DNA of 64,000 nt, taken from the IMG/VR virus record IMGVR_UViG_3300050821_002231, positions 38,897 to 102,896 of that record; one strand, given 5' to 3'. Position 1 is the stretch's first letter. Each line of letters opens with the position of its first letter. Both the position numbers and the translations under genes were made by a program. The notes under the pieces are model-generated. The model worked only from the letters and a program-made list of their open reading frames with translations, did not search any database and was not told the DNA's origin. Shown piece after piece: positions 9,159-19,269 of this stretch. This DNA is from a virus.

Positions 9159-9837
9159 ATGTCACACGCGGCAATCTTAGTAGCTTTGGATGCGCCAGAA
9201 GTTGAGCGCATCGGACTTGAGGCAGCACTAGCGGATCAGATGCTTCCACGAGAACGGGGAGTGGTTCCGGGATGGCAGCCGATGGGACTGGTATGTCGTT
9301 GGCGGGCGCTACACGGGGATGTTGAGCGATTACGACCCGGAGAAAGACCCGGAGAATCAGGAGATTTGCAAGATATGCGGCGGAACTGGCGTTCGACCCG
9401 GCGGATTGAAAGAGTTCGGTCAGGCATGGTTCGACGGCTGCAAGGGCTGTAACGGCTGCCACGGAGCGGGTAAATCTACCAAGTGGCCGACTCAATGGAA
9501 GGAGTACCACGGGGACATCGTAAAAGTGTCGATGCTGGACGCGGCTAAATTCCAACCCGCTGCCGCTTTCCTGATAAACCGTCACTGGCACGAGTACGAG
9601 CGCATGGGATGGTTCGGCGTTCCTGCCTACACGGAATGCGAACGCAAGGATATGAGCAAGCCCGTGGCTGATCCGGATAAATGGTTCGGCAAGTGCCTAC
9701 ACAAAGACGAAGCGTTGGGCGCTCAGATCGTTTGCTGGAACGAGCCGTGGGAGATTTGGAAAGAAAAGTTCTTTCACCGATTCATCGAGCCACTATCGCC
9801 CAAGACAACGCTCGCAGTGGTCGATTATCACGTTTAG
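9159..9837 (+). pseudogene. Frameshifted conserved phage gene (WDWYVxGGR family)
   Basis: MSHAAILV...QMLP in one frame continues as ENGEWFRDGSRWDWYVVGGRY...AVVDYHV in another; shift near 9248. Confidence 0.6.
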
Positions 9838-9850
9838 GAGAAACAAGGCT

Positions 9851-10237
9851 ATGGCAAACGAAAAGTATACCCCGGGTCCGTGGAAGTCTCGCGGCCATGG
9901 GCAGACGGTCTACGTAGGTAAAGGCGTCATATCGGGGGAGCCGGGGGAAGGCTTGGAGCCGATAGTCATTTCGCCTCACGTCGTTCGTGTGTATCAGGAT
10001 CAGGACGAACAAAATCGACGCTGCACGCAATTTATCGCAACCTGCAACGGCGCAACCTGTCCGAACGAGGCCAACGCCCGCCTGATAGCTGCCGCACCGG
10101 ACATGTACGAAGCCTGCAAGTGTGCCGAAACAGTTTTAATTCTACTTTCCGAGGAAGTCTCGCGCCTCGGACTTCGTGCGGAAAACGTGCTGCCCCGACT
10201 GAGAACGGCCATCAAGAAGGCTGAGACAGGCGAGTAA
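9851..10237 (+). CDS. Phage protein, TPGPW...ANARLIAAAP family
   Basis: KYTPGPW and EANARLIAAAPDMYEAC motifs. Confidence 0.7.
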   Translation: MANEKYTPGPWKSRGHGQTVYVGKGVISGEPGEGLEPIVISPHVVRVYQDQDEQNRRCTQFIATCNGATCPNEANARLIAAAPDMYEACKCAETVLILLSEEVSRLGLRAENVLPRLRTAIKKAETGE

Positions 10238-10424
10238 CTCTCATGGACCTCGAAACTTTCAAAGCGATTCACCGGGAAGGCGATGGCAGATCATTTTGCG
10301 AAACTTGCCGGATGGTCACGGAATTCCAAGTTGTGGGGCACGGCGAGATAGTGTGCGTAACCTGCGGCAACGAACCGAAGCTTGACGAAGAGTAACGCAC
10401 CACGAACCACAGAGGAGAAGAAAT

Positions 10425-10727
10425 ATGGCGAAGCACTCGAAAGGCCCTTGGGAACTAGATTCAGCGAAGGACGGGGATACGCGATACTACATCGTTCACG
10501 CGGCAGTACCCGACAAGATCAATGCGGATTTTGGCTATCCGGTTTGTGACACGCTGAATCGACATCACTGTATCTCGCCCGACGAGGATGAAGCGAACGG
10601 CAAGTTACTGGCGGCTGCCGATGCAATGGCCGATTTGTTGCTACGCGCCTATACGCATGTTACGCACGGCGGGCCAACACGGGCGGAGCTAGAGGCAGTA
10701 CTCAAGAAAGCTGGCATCATCGACTGA
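10425..10727 (+). CDS. Paralog of the TPGPW family
   Basis: KHSKGPW...EANGKLLAAA. Confidence 0.65.
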   Translation: MAKHSKGPWELDSAKDGDTRYYIVHAAVPDKINADFGYPVCDTLNRHHCISPDEDEANGKLLAAADAMADLLLRAYTHVTHGGPTRAELEAVLKKAGIID

Positions 10728-11219
10728 CGCACCACGAACCCCGCGCACCACCACGGAGGAAACGATGAAAGCAAATCTGCGACGTATTCGCCAAGAGTTT
10801 GAAGCGTGGGCTAAGGGCTGGGGCTTTGACACACGAAGAAACGGGGCTTATGAAGATTCCAGAACTCAAAAGGTCTGGATGGACTGGCTGCGAAAGGTTG
10901 CAGTAGATTGCTGACCCCGGCGCACCAAGGAGGAGAAACCAAAATGGCAGCAACTAAATCAGACATCGCTGAATGGTTTGATCGAGGCGTTAAGTTAAGC
11001 GCAACGCACTTGATTGTAGTTTGCGATACCTACGATCACGAGGATTACCCGACCTACGTATACCCCGGAGAGGATGCGCAGGAAAAATACAAAGAACACA
11101 ATGAGGCATCTATGCAGCGCGTCATGGAAGTCTACAATCTCGCGTTGCCAAAAGAATCGCAACTTGCCGAGCATAGGGCGTTAAACTACTGATTCCCCGC
11201 GCACGCGAAAGGAAAAAGT

Positions 11220-11966
11220 ATGATGCTGGAAAACGAAAAGAGAACGCGACAGCAGTTAGCCGATGAACTGGAAAAGATGACGGCGGAACGAGACAGTGAG
11301 CGGGAAAATGTACGTGCCATCGGCCAGGTAGTAACGAAGCGGGCGGAAATAGCAGATGAGTTAACCAAACAGAACACGGCTCTGATTAAAGAACTCTCAA
11401 TCGCCCGCGACAGGTTGGTAACTTCGGAAGATGTGCGGTGGCGCGCGAGTCGCTCATTTTGGACACTCGCAGTAGTCATGGGCGTGGCCATCGCGGCTAT
11501 TTGTATAACCTTGGCCACTAAGATCTCTCGCATCTCGAATAGTCAGCGGCGAACGGAGAGCAACATCTTGGCAATGGCCGAAAGACCTTGGATTACACAT
11601 AAAGATTTGCTTGATGTCGTGACGCTCGGAGTGACCGAGGGCATTGCCGGATCGGGAGAAAAGAAACCTGCAGAGACGCCTGCGAAGACATCGCCAGTGA
11701 CCATTGACCTCCAATCTTCAGCGAAAGGATCTGACTCAACCTGCTGGCTGCAATTCACGGTAGACGGCAAGATTCTTTTGAGCGGGTTTCAAAAGCCAAA
11801 GCGGTTTACACTCGGAGGCCGGCAGATCGACGTGCGTTCAGGATGTCCAGGCCGACTGCTTTACCACATTGCGGGCAGGGAAATTCACCCGAAGAATCTT
11901 GCGGACAATCCCGGCATCGTGGAGCACGTTCTGATTGATGCGAATGAAGCGAAGGCAAGTCAGTAA
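11220..11966 (+). CDS. Membrane protein: coiled coil, TM helix, RodZ-like (DUF4115) C-terminal domain
   Basis: TM FWTLAVVMGVAIAAICITLA; CWLQFTVDGKILLSG...IDVRSGCPGRLLYHIAGREI. Confidence 0.6.
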   Translation: MMLENEKRTRQQLADELEKMTAERDSERENVRAIGQVVTKRAEIADELTKQNTALIKELSIARDRLVTSEDVRWRASRSFWTLAVVMGVAIAAICITLATKISRISNSQRRTESNILAMAERPWITHKDLLDVVTLGVTEGIAGSGEKKPAETPAKTSPVTIDLQSSAKGSDSTCWLQFTVDGKILLSGFQKPKRFTLGGRQIDVRSGCPGRLLYHIAGREIHPKNLADNPGIVEHVLIDANEAKASQ

Positions 11967-12550
11967 AAAGCGTCCGCGCTGCGAGTGCAGCCATGCGGAT
12001 AATCAGCATGTGAAGGGGAAGGGAATTTGCATGGTGCGGAGTTGCTTTCGATGTTGGCAGTTTCGACCGCGCGAGAAGGCATAATCTGTCCACCCGGTGG
12101 AGAGATTGGAAACCAAGGGATTCTATGACGAACTACCACATTGCTTATTCTGGTATCGGCTTCTGGCAGTTTATGTGGGCCTGCTATCGCTCTTACCGAG
12201 GCGCACAAGAGCATGGAACGGCATACTTCGCCATTTCTCGCCGAGGAGTACCGCAAATAGTCTGCTTTGTCGGACTGGGCCGGGAAGCCTGGAGAATTTC
12301 ACAGAAGGCAATCGAGGAATGGAGGGAGCCATAAAGCTATGATCCCACAAGACAGACGACGGCTTGAGTTAGGCGTAAGGTGCGCCATGATCGCAATCGC
12401 CGAAGACTACGAGCGGGTAGCGGAGTTTCCAGTCACTTCGGAGTCCGCGGCTTTTGCTGTCAGTTGTCAAGCACGCCGTGAAGCCTCGCAACGTGCAGCG
12501 GAGATTCGAGCGCAGTATTCCAATTTCCAGTTTCACAAGATTAGGGTGCA

Positions 12551-12833
12551 TTGAAAGACTGCTCTTACGAAACGTTTCTGCTGTCCAAGACTCAGGATAG
12601 TTCTGCGCTCGGGTTCGATCCTGTATTCATGCCGGATTTCCTTTTTGATTTCCAAGCGTTTTTAACCGAGTGGGGCATACGCAAGGGGCGCGCTGGAGCG
12701 CAAAGGGCTGGGGATAGAACTAAAACCTAGTTATTACAGACAGGCTTTGAAAAATATCGCCGAAGTTCTTAAGACGGGAAAGATCAACGTGCAAGAGGAA
12801 TTGTACGGAGCGGAGGAAGAGATTACGGCATGA
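12551..12833 (+). pseudogene. Deletion remnant joining a helicase N-terminus to a DNA methyltransferase C-terminus
   Basis: MPDFLFDFQAFLTEWGIRKGRA (12551 frame), then out-of-frame RKGLGIELKPSYYRQALKNI ending at 12833. Confidence 0.65.
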
Positions 12834-13004
12834 AACTCCGTTTTATCGCCGTCGCTGTGTGCTGGTACGCTTGGCGCTCTGTGAGGCAGACATGTGGAAA
12901 CGAATCTCGGATTTATGTGTCGAGGCGATGATCGTTCTGACATTGGTTGCGGTGGCAATTTGTGCGGTCTTGATTGTTTGGGAATTTGTAAACGAGGTTA
13001 TGAC

Positions 13005-13403
13005 ATGAAAATAACGAAACGACTGAAAGACGAGAGAGGGCAGGCGATATTGGAGGCAGCGGTCATGCTACCAGTGTTGATTTTCGTGGCACTGGCAATG
13101 ATCGACATCCAAGTTGCCGAAAGCACAGCGGGAAGTTTGAGTTACGTAGTCACCGAAGTCGCGCGCTGCGAAGCGATTGCAGGACTGCCATGCAATTCTC
13201 CGAACAACGCCGGACTGTACGCGAATCAGTTGGCATACAATTTGCGACTAAGAAACGGTTTTGCGGTCGCATCTTACGGATGCGATGAAGTCTCAGGTTC
13301 GTGCACGATGGTTGCGTCGTATTCTTACAAGCCGCTCGGTGTGTGGTTTCCGCAGATGGTTATCACGCGGACGGGGACGGCTTCGATTAAGGCTGGAGGA
13401 TAG
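13005..13403 (+). CDS. TadE-like pseudopilin
   Basis: KDERGQAILEAAVMLPVLIFV prepilin motif (G/xxxxE) and later EVAR. Confidence 0.8.
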   Translation: MKITKRLKDERGQAILEAAVMLPVLIFVALAMIDIQVAESTAGSLSYVVTEVARCEAIAGLPCNSPNNAGLYANQLAYNLRLRNGFAVASYGCDEVSGSCTMVASYSYKPLGVWFPQMVITRTGTASIKAGG

Positions 13404-13735
13404 CATGGTTCTCTTAGTGATTTATGTCGCTGGCCCATTTCTCTATCTGCTCTTTGCGATTCACGAGCGGATGAAGGCTGGGAAGTTATGAACCGTTTTG
13501 TCTCGATGCAAGTGAAGTGTGCGGGATGCGGAGCGCAGTTCGGGGAGGCGAATCACAGGTTCGTGCTCCATGATTCTACGAACGGATGGACAGTTACGGC
13601 CACGAGTCCTGATTATCAGCTTTATACCGTCCGCAGGTTTTCTCCGAATGAATCGTTGCATGACCACGACTATCCAGTGTGCGGTGAAAAGTGCTTGAGC
13701 ACTCTCGAAGGCCAGATTATTGCAGGCAAGAAGCT

Positions 13736-14323
13736 ATGAACATCGCATCGGTAGGCCCGATTGAAAAACTCACCCGGCAAGATGCTGAGGCGCCGGAGTA
13801 CACACGGCATGTCTGGTACGACGTAGAAAACGGGCGACTGGTCGTAACGAACGGACACGCGCTCGTGATTGCGGCAGTGGAACCTGAAGACGAAGACGTT
13901 ACTGGAGTTCTCAGCGTTGAGGCGATTCAGTACGCCAGATGGCTTGTACGCAGACATTACTCGTCCTACTTCAAGTGTGTAGCGAAAGAGTATGAATTTG
14001 ACGATGGCACGCGAATGCCGCGACCCCAAGGCGAGTTTCCGGATTATGCGGCAATCGTGCCTGAGATTGCAGGACCGCCGACCCTGACCTTTAATCCTGA
14101 ACTGCTGGCACAGATTGTCGCCGCGTTTCCGAAGCAGGAGATTGGAAAGAAAGGGACGAATCCAGGCTCGATCAGTCTGTGGGTTACGCCGTCAGAAGAT
14201 CCAATGAAGCCAAGCCCGATTGTTTGCAAGGCGCATTATGACGGTGGCCTTGCAGTATTGATGCCGGTCAGTGGCATGGACTCGGCGAGATGGAATACCG
14301 AACTCCCGAGAGGGCGAAAATAG
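13736..14323 (+). CDS. Beta sliding clamp-like protein (partial domains)
   Basis: LVVTNGHAL, GEFPDYAAIVP, FNPELL, AVLMP motifs. Confidence 0.65.
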   Translation: MNIASVGPIEKLTRQDAEAPEYTRHVWYDVENGRLVVTNGHALVIAAVEPEDEDVTGVLSVEAIQYARWLVRRHYSSYFKCVAKEYEFDDGTRMPRPQGEFPDYAAIVPEIAGPPTLTFNPELLAQIVAAFPKQEIGKKGTNPGSISLWVTPSEDPMKPSPIVCKAHYDGGLAVLMPVSGMDSARWNTELPRGRK

Positions 14324-14566
14324 TTTGGGCCGACTTGCACACATTGACGCGATTATAAAGCGAACGGAAGACCGCAAGCTCCTGAAGCTTTTGAATCGCA
14401 TATGGTGGAGCGAGTACTTCAAGAATCACCGAAAGGATGAAAGCAATGCAAGAACCTCCTCCACTACCACAGCAGTTGGACGATGACGAAATTGAGATGC
14501 TGTATCTGCGCGGCGAGTTAGTCCGCGGCGAGAAATCGGGAACCAGAGTCATTCGCAACCTATTCT

Positions 14567-15001
14567 GGTCGGCACATCCCGCTGGTCGTTGAAAACGTTA
14601 GAGGCGCACAAAAATATATCGGTCCAGCTAAGGCAAATTTTGGTTCATATTTTTTATTTGGCGATGTCGGGATGGTAGGCAAGCGCGTAGTGGCGGGAGT
14701 GCCGAGGTTTGGAGTGAGCGTGCAGCCGATGCGATATGGCGGAGCGAAGGCACCACCGGGGAATGCGTGGCGCGAGAACGGATGCAACGCGGAAAATCGC
14801 ATAGTGCCGTCGAAAGTGAACGGCGTGAAGCAGGAAGGCATCTCAGGCCCGCGCAACAACGGCAAAGGCGATAAATGGTTTCAGGACGGTGCGGCGCGTC
14901 ACGGCTCCAAGTCCAACTCTCGCAAGGCTGCTTCTGCGGAGATCGCGAGAATTCCGTTTGCGCTGGCGAACTACATCGCCAGAGCTTTCAAGTCAGAGTA
15001 A
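14567..15001 (+). pseudogene. N-terminally truncated phage cytosine-methyltransferase-like gene
   Basis: GRHIPLVVENVRGAQ (ENV motif)...RKAASAEIARIPFALA; in-frame stop at 14519 and no SAM-binding N-terminus. Confidence 0.55.
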
Positions 15002-15233
15002 TCCGCTAATCCTTCTACCGGGTGGAAGGATTCGGTTGTCCAGAAATGCACACCCACAACTTATTTCTTGACATCCACAGATTCATGTAAGAGACTCACT
15101 TCCAGAGCATTAAGTCACATGCTCTTGTCCGGTTTGTAATCGGCGCGCCCTACTAAAGGGGCTTACCCTGGCGATAAGTGGGTGCTTCACAAGTAGTCAC
15201 TCCTGCTGTCTAAAATACAATCGCTCTCATCAT

Positions 15234-15262
15234 CCCGCCCAAGATTGGCGGGTTTTGTTTTG
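15234..15262 (+). terminator. Rho-independent terminator
   Basis: cccgcc-caagatt-ggcggg followed by ttttgtttt. Confidence 0.7.
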
Positions 15263-15669
15263 TGGAAGGTACGACGCACGTCCGCTCACATGCGAAAAGA
15301 AAACATCCGCCTCTTGGCTGAAAACGGCAAGTTCATCGGCTGGACCGATGACGACGATGCCCGCTCCAAGAAACAGTCGGGCTACTGGCAAGAGTTCTAC
15401 CATCCCCGTACCGGCAATTTCTACGCCCTCCAGAAGATCAAATTCCTCCCAAAACCAAGTGATCATTCCAGCCCATGTGGGATAACTGCATCCGAATCGC
15501 TTGGCAATGTCGGGATATGGGATGGCCTTTCTCCAGAGGAAGGCGGAACGATTCCGACCGGGAAACTCCGCGCGGATAAGATGAAGCTACGAATGTGGCC
15601 TTTAGAGGGTGACGACAAAGCAGTGCGTGTTTCATGTTTAGCGCGAACCTAGAAAACAGAAAGGAAATT

Positions 15670-16236
15670 ATGCAAGCGAATCGTAGAGACGTCGTGAAAT
15701 ACGTGGCGACGATACTCGGAGGACTCGCAGTTTCCGGCAGCACGCTTTTCTTGACCGCATGTGGCAATGTGGCCGCAGACATCATCACAGCATTTCAATC
15801 CGTGCTGACCATTCTCCAAGGTGCCGGCGTCGTGCCGGGTGGAGAGATCGTCGCAGCTGTATCAACTGCACTGTCGGCGGTACTCACCGAAGTGACGGCG
15901 TACGCACAGGCACCAGCAGCGGATAAGGCCACGGTCGGCTTGAAACTCGCAACGCTGATTCAGGAGGCGCAAGCGCAACTCCAGACATTTTGGAATGGCC
16001 TGAATCTCACTGGCGTTGTCGCAGTTGTGGTCAAAGGCGTGGTGTCCGTGATTCTGAGCACGCTTGCCGGATTCCTGCCAACGTTGCCCGTCCCGGCCAC
16101 TGAGAGCGAGATAGTGAAGAAGGCGACGCGGTTGCCGAACATGGTGACCTACGTTCCGCAGAAGTTGACCGCGAAGCAGTTCCGTGCGGCAGTCAACAAG
16201 TTGATGGTGGACAATAAATATCCGAAAGTGTTTTAG
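15670..16236 (+). CDS. Putative Tat-exported lipoprotein
   Basis: NRRDVVK twin arginine and LTAC lipobox. Confidence 0.6.
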   Translation: MQANRRDVVKYVATILGGLAVSGSTLFLTACGNVAADIITAFQSVLTILQGAGVVPGGEIVAAVSTALSAVLTEVTAYAQAPAADKATVGLKLATLIQEAQAQLQTFWNGLNLTGVVAVVVKGVVSVILSTLAGFLPTLPVPATESEIVKKATRLPNMVTYVPQKLTAKQFRAAVNKLMVDNKYPKVF

Positions 16237-16599
16237 AACGGCACGCCGAATAAAAATCCTATACTGTGGAGGCGCGGATACTGCCAGAGCGGGTTGGGCC
16301 TGCGTCGCTATGGTTGTGGCGCGGGCCTTTCCTTAAAGTAAACGAATGAAGAAATGCACGGCACTGCTGATTCTCGCACTTAGTATCACGGCTTCAGCGG
16401 TGAACCAAAAGTCGTTGCTGCTAGGCATTGGAATCGGCTTGGGCATGTCGGCCTATCAGGGAACGCGAAGCAAGGTATTATTGCCAACCGCGCATTTTAT
16501 TCAGCGCACGGTGCGACCGATACCGCAGGACAAGATCGAAAAAGCAAAGAGAAAGGCGGCGAAGGCGGCGCGGAAGAGGGTTGGTACGCCAGTAGCCGA

Positions 16600-16833
16600 G
16601 TGAAAGCGGAACACATGGAAGGTACGCGCGTCACAGGAATAGTAGCGTGGTTCTCGTCGGTGAAAGGTTTTGGCTTCATCAAACCAGAAACCGGCAGAGA
16701 TGTATTTGTCCATTTCTCGGCGATTCAGATGGACGGCTACAAGGAACTCAAAGAGAATGATCCAGTCGAGTTCGAGATAACAGACGGTCCCAAGGGTAAG
16801 CAAGCTGCGAACGTGAGACGGCTGGAAGATTGA
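16600..16833 (+). CDS. csp: Cold-shock protein
   Basis: KGFGFI (RNP1), DVFVHFSAI (RNP2), [10 protein letters not shown]. Confidence 0.95.
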   Translation: MKAEHMEGTRVTGIVAWFSSVKGFGFIKPETGRDVFVHFSAIQMDGYKELKENDPVEFEITDGPKGKQAANVRRLED

Positions 16834-18762
16834 TTTGGAAAGGCACGGCATGACAAAGCTTGCGTTGATCTTGGTGATAGCCTGCGGCATTGTCTTAGGG
16901 CAGTTGGGTTTGGAAGTGCTGGGACTGCTGTTCAAGTTGGCCGGCAGGGCCTACGGATGGATTGTCGCGATAGCGGCAAAGAAGATGCTGGCAGCTCGGC
17001 AAGCGCAGTACGAAGCGCAGCAAGTCGCGCTAACTCGACAACGTCCACCCTTGGTGACAGAAACTGGAGGCAGAATCAGTGAAAATCACGACACAACATC
17101 TTGAAGCAGTAAAGGGCTTCCTGGCGAAACAGAGCGAACAACTTGCAGCGCAGACAAAGGCTGCGAAGGCCGCAGAGGAAACCAGAGCGAAGCTTGACGG
17201 CGAAGTTCGATTGCTGCAAGGGGCGTATGATGTATGTGCGGCCGCGTTTGCGAGCGATGCGGAACTGAGCCCAGCGCAGATCGCGGATCAACCGCAAGCG
17301 GTACAGCAGGCGTTAGGAGTGGCAAAGCCTGGGCCGGCGGTCGTGGCAAAGGAATCAGTCTAGAAGGATCCAGCGGATAGCGGTACCGCTAGAAATTTCT
17401 GCCGAAGCTAGCGGTCTCGGCGGGACAGCAAATATGAAAGTACGAGCTAAGTTTTTCGTGAATGCAATCGAGATGTATTCGGCCCCGGCTGATAGTGGCA
17501 GCGTGAAACTGCTAGCCACAAATCAGAAGGACGGCGATAACACGGATTGGTCGAAGTGGACGCCCAGCGGGTCTGTCCAGATGATGATTACCAATCCAAC
17601 CGCGTTTGAGTTCTTCAAGGACGCGATGAAGGGCAATAAGCCGATCTACCTTGACTTCCAGTTGGTCGAGGCATCGGAGTAATCCTTCCACCCGGTAGAA
17701 GGATTCGATTCGCGCTACAGTGGCACCGTAGCGGAAGAGGGGCTTGTAGGATCGAACAAGCGGAACACTTTTTCGAGACGGTAGCCCCTCATAAAATCAG
17801 AAGAATAAAGACATGACTGACGGATTCTCGGCTGAGCAAATCGAAAAAGACATTGAGTACTACTGGGCAAATTATCAGATCCAGCCGCGCTGGGCCGCTA
17901 TTGGTATCCAAGGCAGAGACGCCCTGATTGCAAAGCACGGATTTAAGGAGGAAGATTTCCAGCGATTCGGCAACTTGTATTTTCTGGGGACACCGGATGC
18001 GAACGCCATCATGGACGCAGAGAGTGAGCAAGGAGAGCTGCTATGAGTGCAGACAACACAGCCAACGGACCATGCTCGATGCCAGCCAAGAAACCACAAG
18101 ACTCTGGAGTTAGGGTACTGCCAAAGCAGCCAACTACGGGTGCTGCGACGCCAGCGCAACCGAACGTGAGTTCGGCTCAGCCGATGGGAATGCCGAAGGC
18201 GGATGTAGGCTAGGCATGGAGCCTGTAAGTCCGGTACTGCCGATGTCGAGTGAACTAGATCAAGTCTACAAAGCCCAAGACGGCTCGGACCTCTACACCC
18301 CACTGCCAGCTTTTCGCACGGATAAGGCAGTCATAAGCCGCTGGCGATTGACGGATGAGGAGCGGCAGCATATTGCGAACGGCGGCGATTTGTTTGTGTG
18401 CATTTTGAATTACGGCCAGCCAATTTGGCCGATCATGCCCATAGCGGCATCGCCTGAGCAGGCGATAGAGACATTGTTGCAGGTTGAGGAACACGTATGA
18501 GAAAGCCGTTGTTCAGGCCAATCTTCATCTCGTGGCTGGCGATTCCGGTAACGCCGAAGACTCGTTCTCAGAAGTTCCGCGCATGGCTGGAGAAGTGGCT
18601 TCCGGTAAGATTCGGACCCAGAACATGGGACTACCCATGCGGCGGAATCATCGGGCCGAGCGAATATGTTGCTGGAGGCTGGACGGGATGTCAGGTGTAC
18701 ATGTCGGAAGATAACCGCATCACTTTTCGGCAACTTGAAAGCGAAGAAACGGCGTAAGTCCA

Positions 18763-19269
18763 ATGGCTACAGTACGAAAGACGGAAGTCACTGGTATCAG
18801 TGGCGAAAACAGTGAAGAAAAGCCAGCGAAAAAGAAACGCGGTGAGAATCTTGTTCCCTACCATTTCAAGCCAGGCGAGAGCGGCAATCCTTCAGGGCGT
18901 CCGAAGGGGACAACGGCGAAGGAAATGTTGCGGCGCCAGATCAACCGAGTTGTGGTCGATTTGCAGGGGAAGCCAAGTAAGGATGGCATCGTTCGCGGTG
19001 ACTTGCTATCAAACACGGTAGTGACCCGAGCGATTGCCGGGGACATGCGGGCAGCGGCCATTGTCTACCAGTACGATCAAGACCGTCCCATATCGTTTGA
19101 GCAGCGAGAGGTTCCGCCAGTAGCGGGAACCGAAGTGAACGTGACAGTGAATGCCCAAGCAATTGCGACCGCGCAAGTTGAAAGCAGAAAAGACCCAAGA
19201 GAACTCGTCCGGCTCCTTGATGAGTATTACGGACTCGCCCGTAGAGACGACGTCAGACTCAGTGGTTGA
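18763..19269 (+). CDS. terS: Terminase small subunit-like (DUF5681)
   Basis: FKPGESGNPSGRPKG; directly upstream of terL. Confidence 0.7.
   Translation: MATVRKTEVTGISGENSEEKPAKKKRGENLVPYHFKPGESGNPSGRPKGTTAKEMLRRQINRVVVDLQGKPSKDGIVRGDLLSNTVVTRAIAGDMRAAAIVYQYDQDRPISFEQREVPPVAGTEVNVTVNAQAIATAQVESRKDPRELVRLLDEYYGLARRDDVRLSG

Noticed and set aside
12604-12620. Self-target of guide unit 0 (tgcgctcggg)
   Set aside because: Only ~10 nt match; the spacer B half does not match
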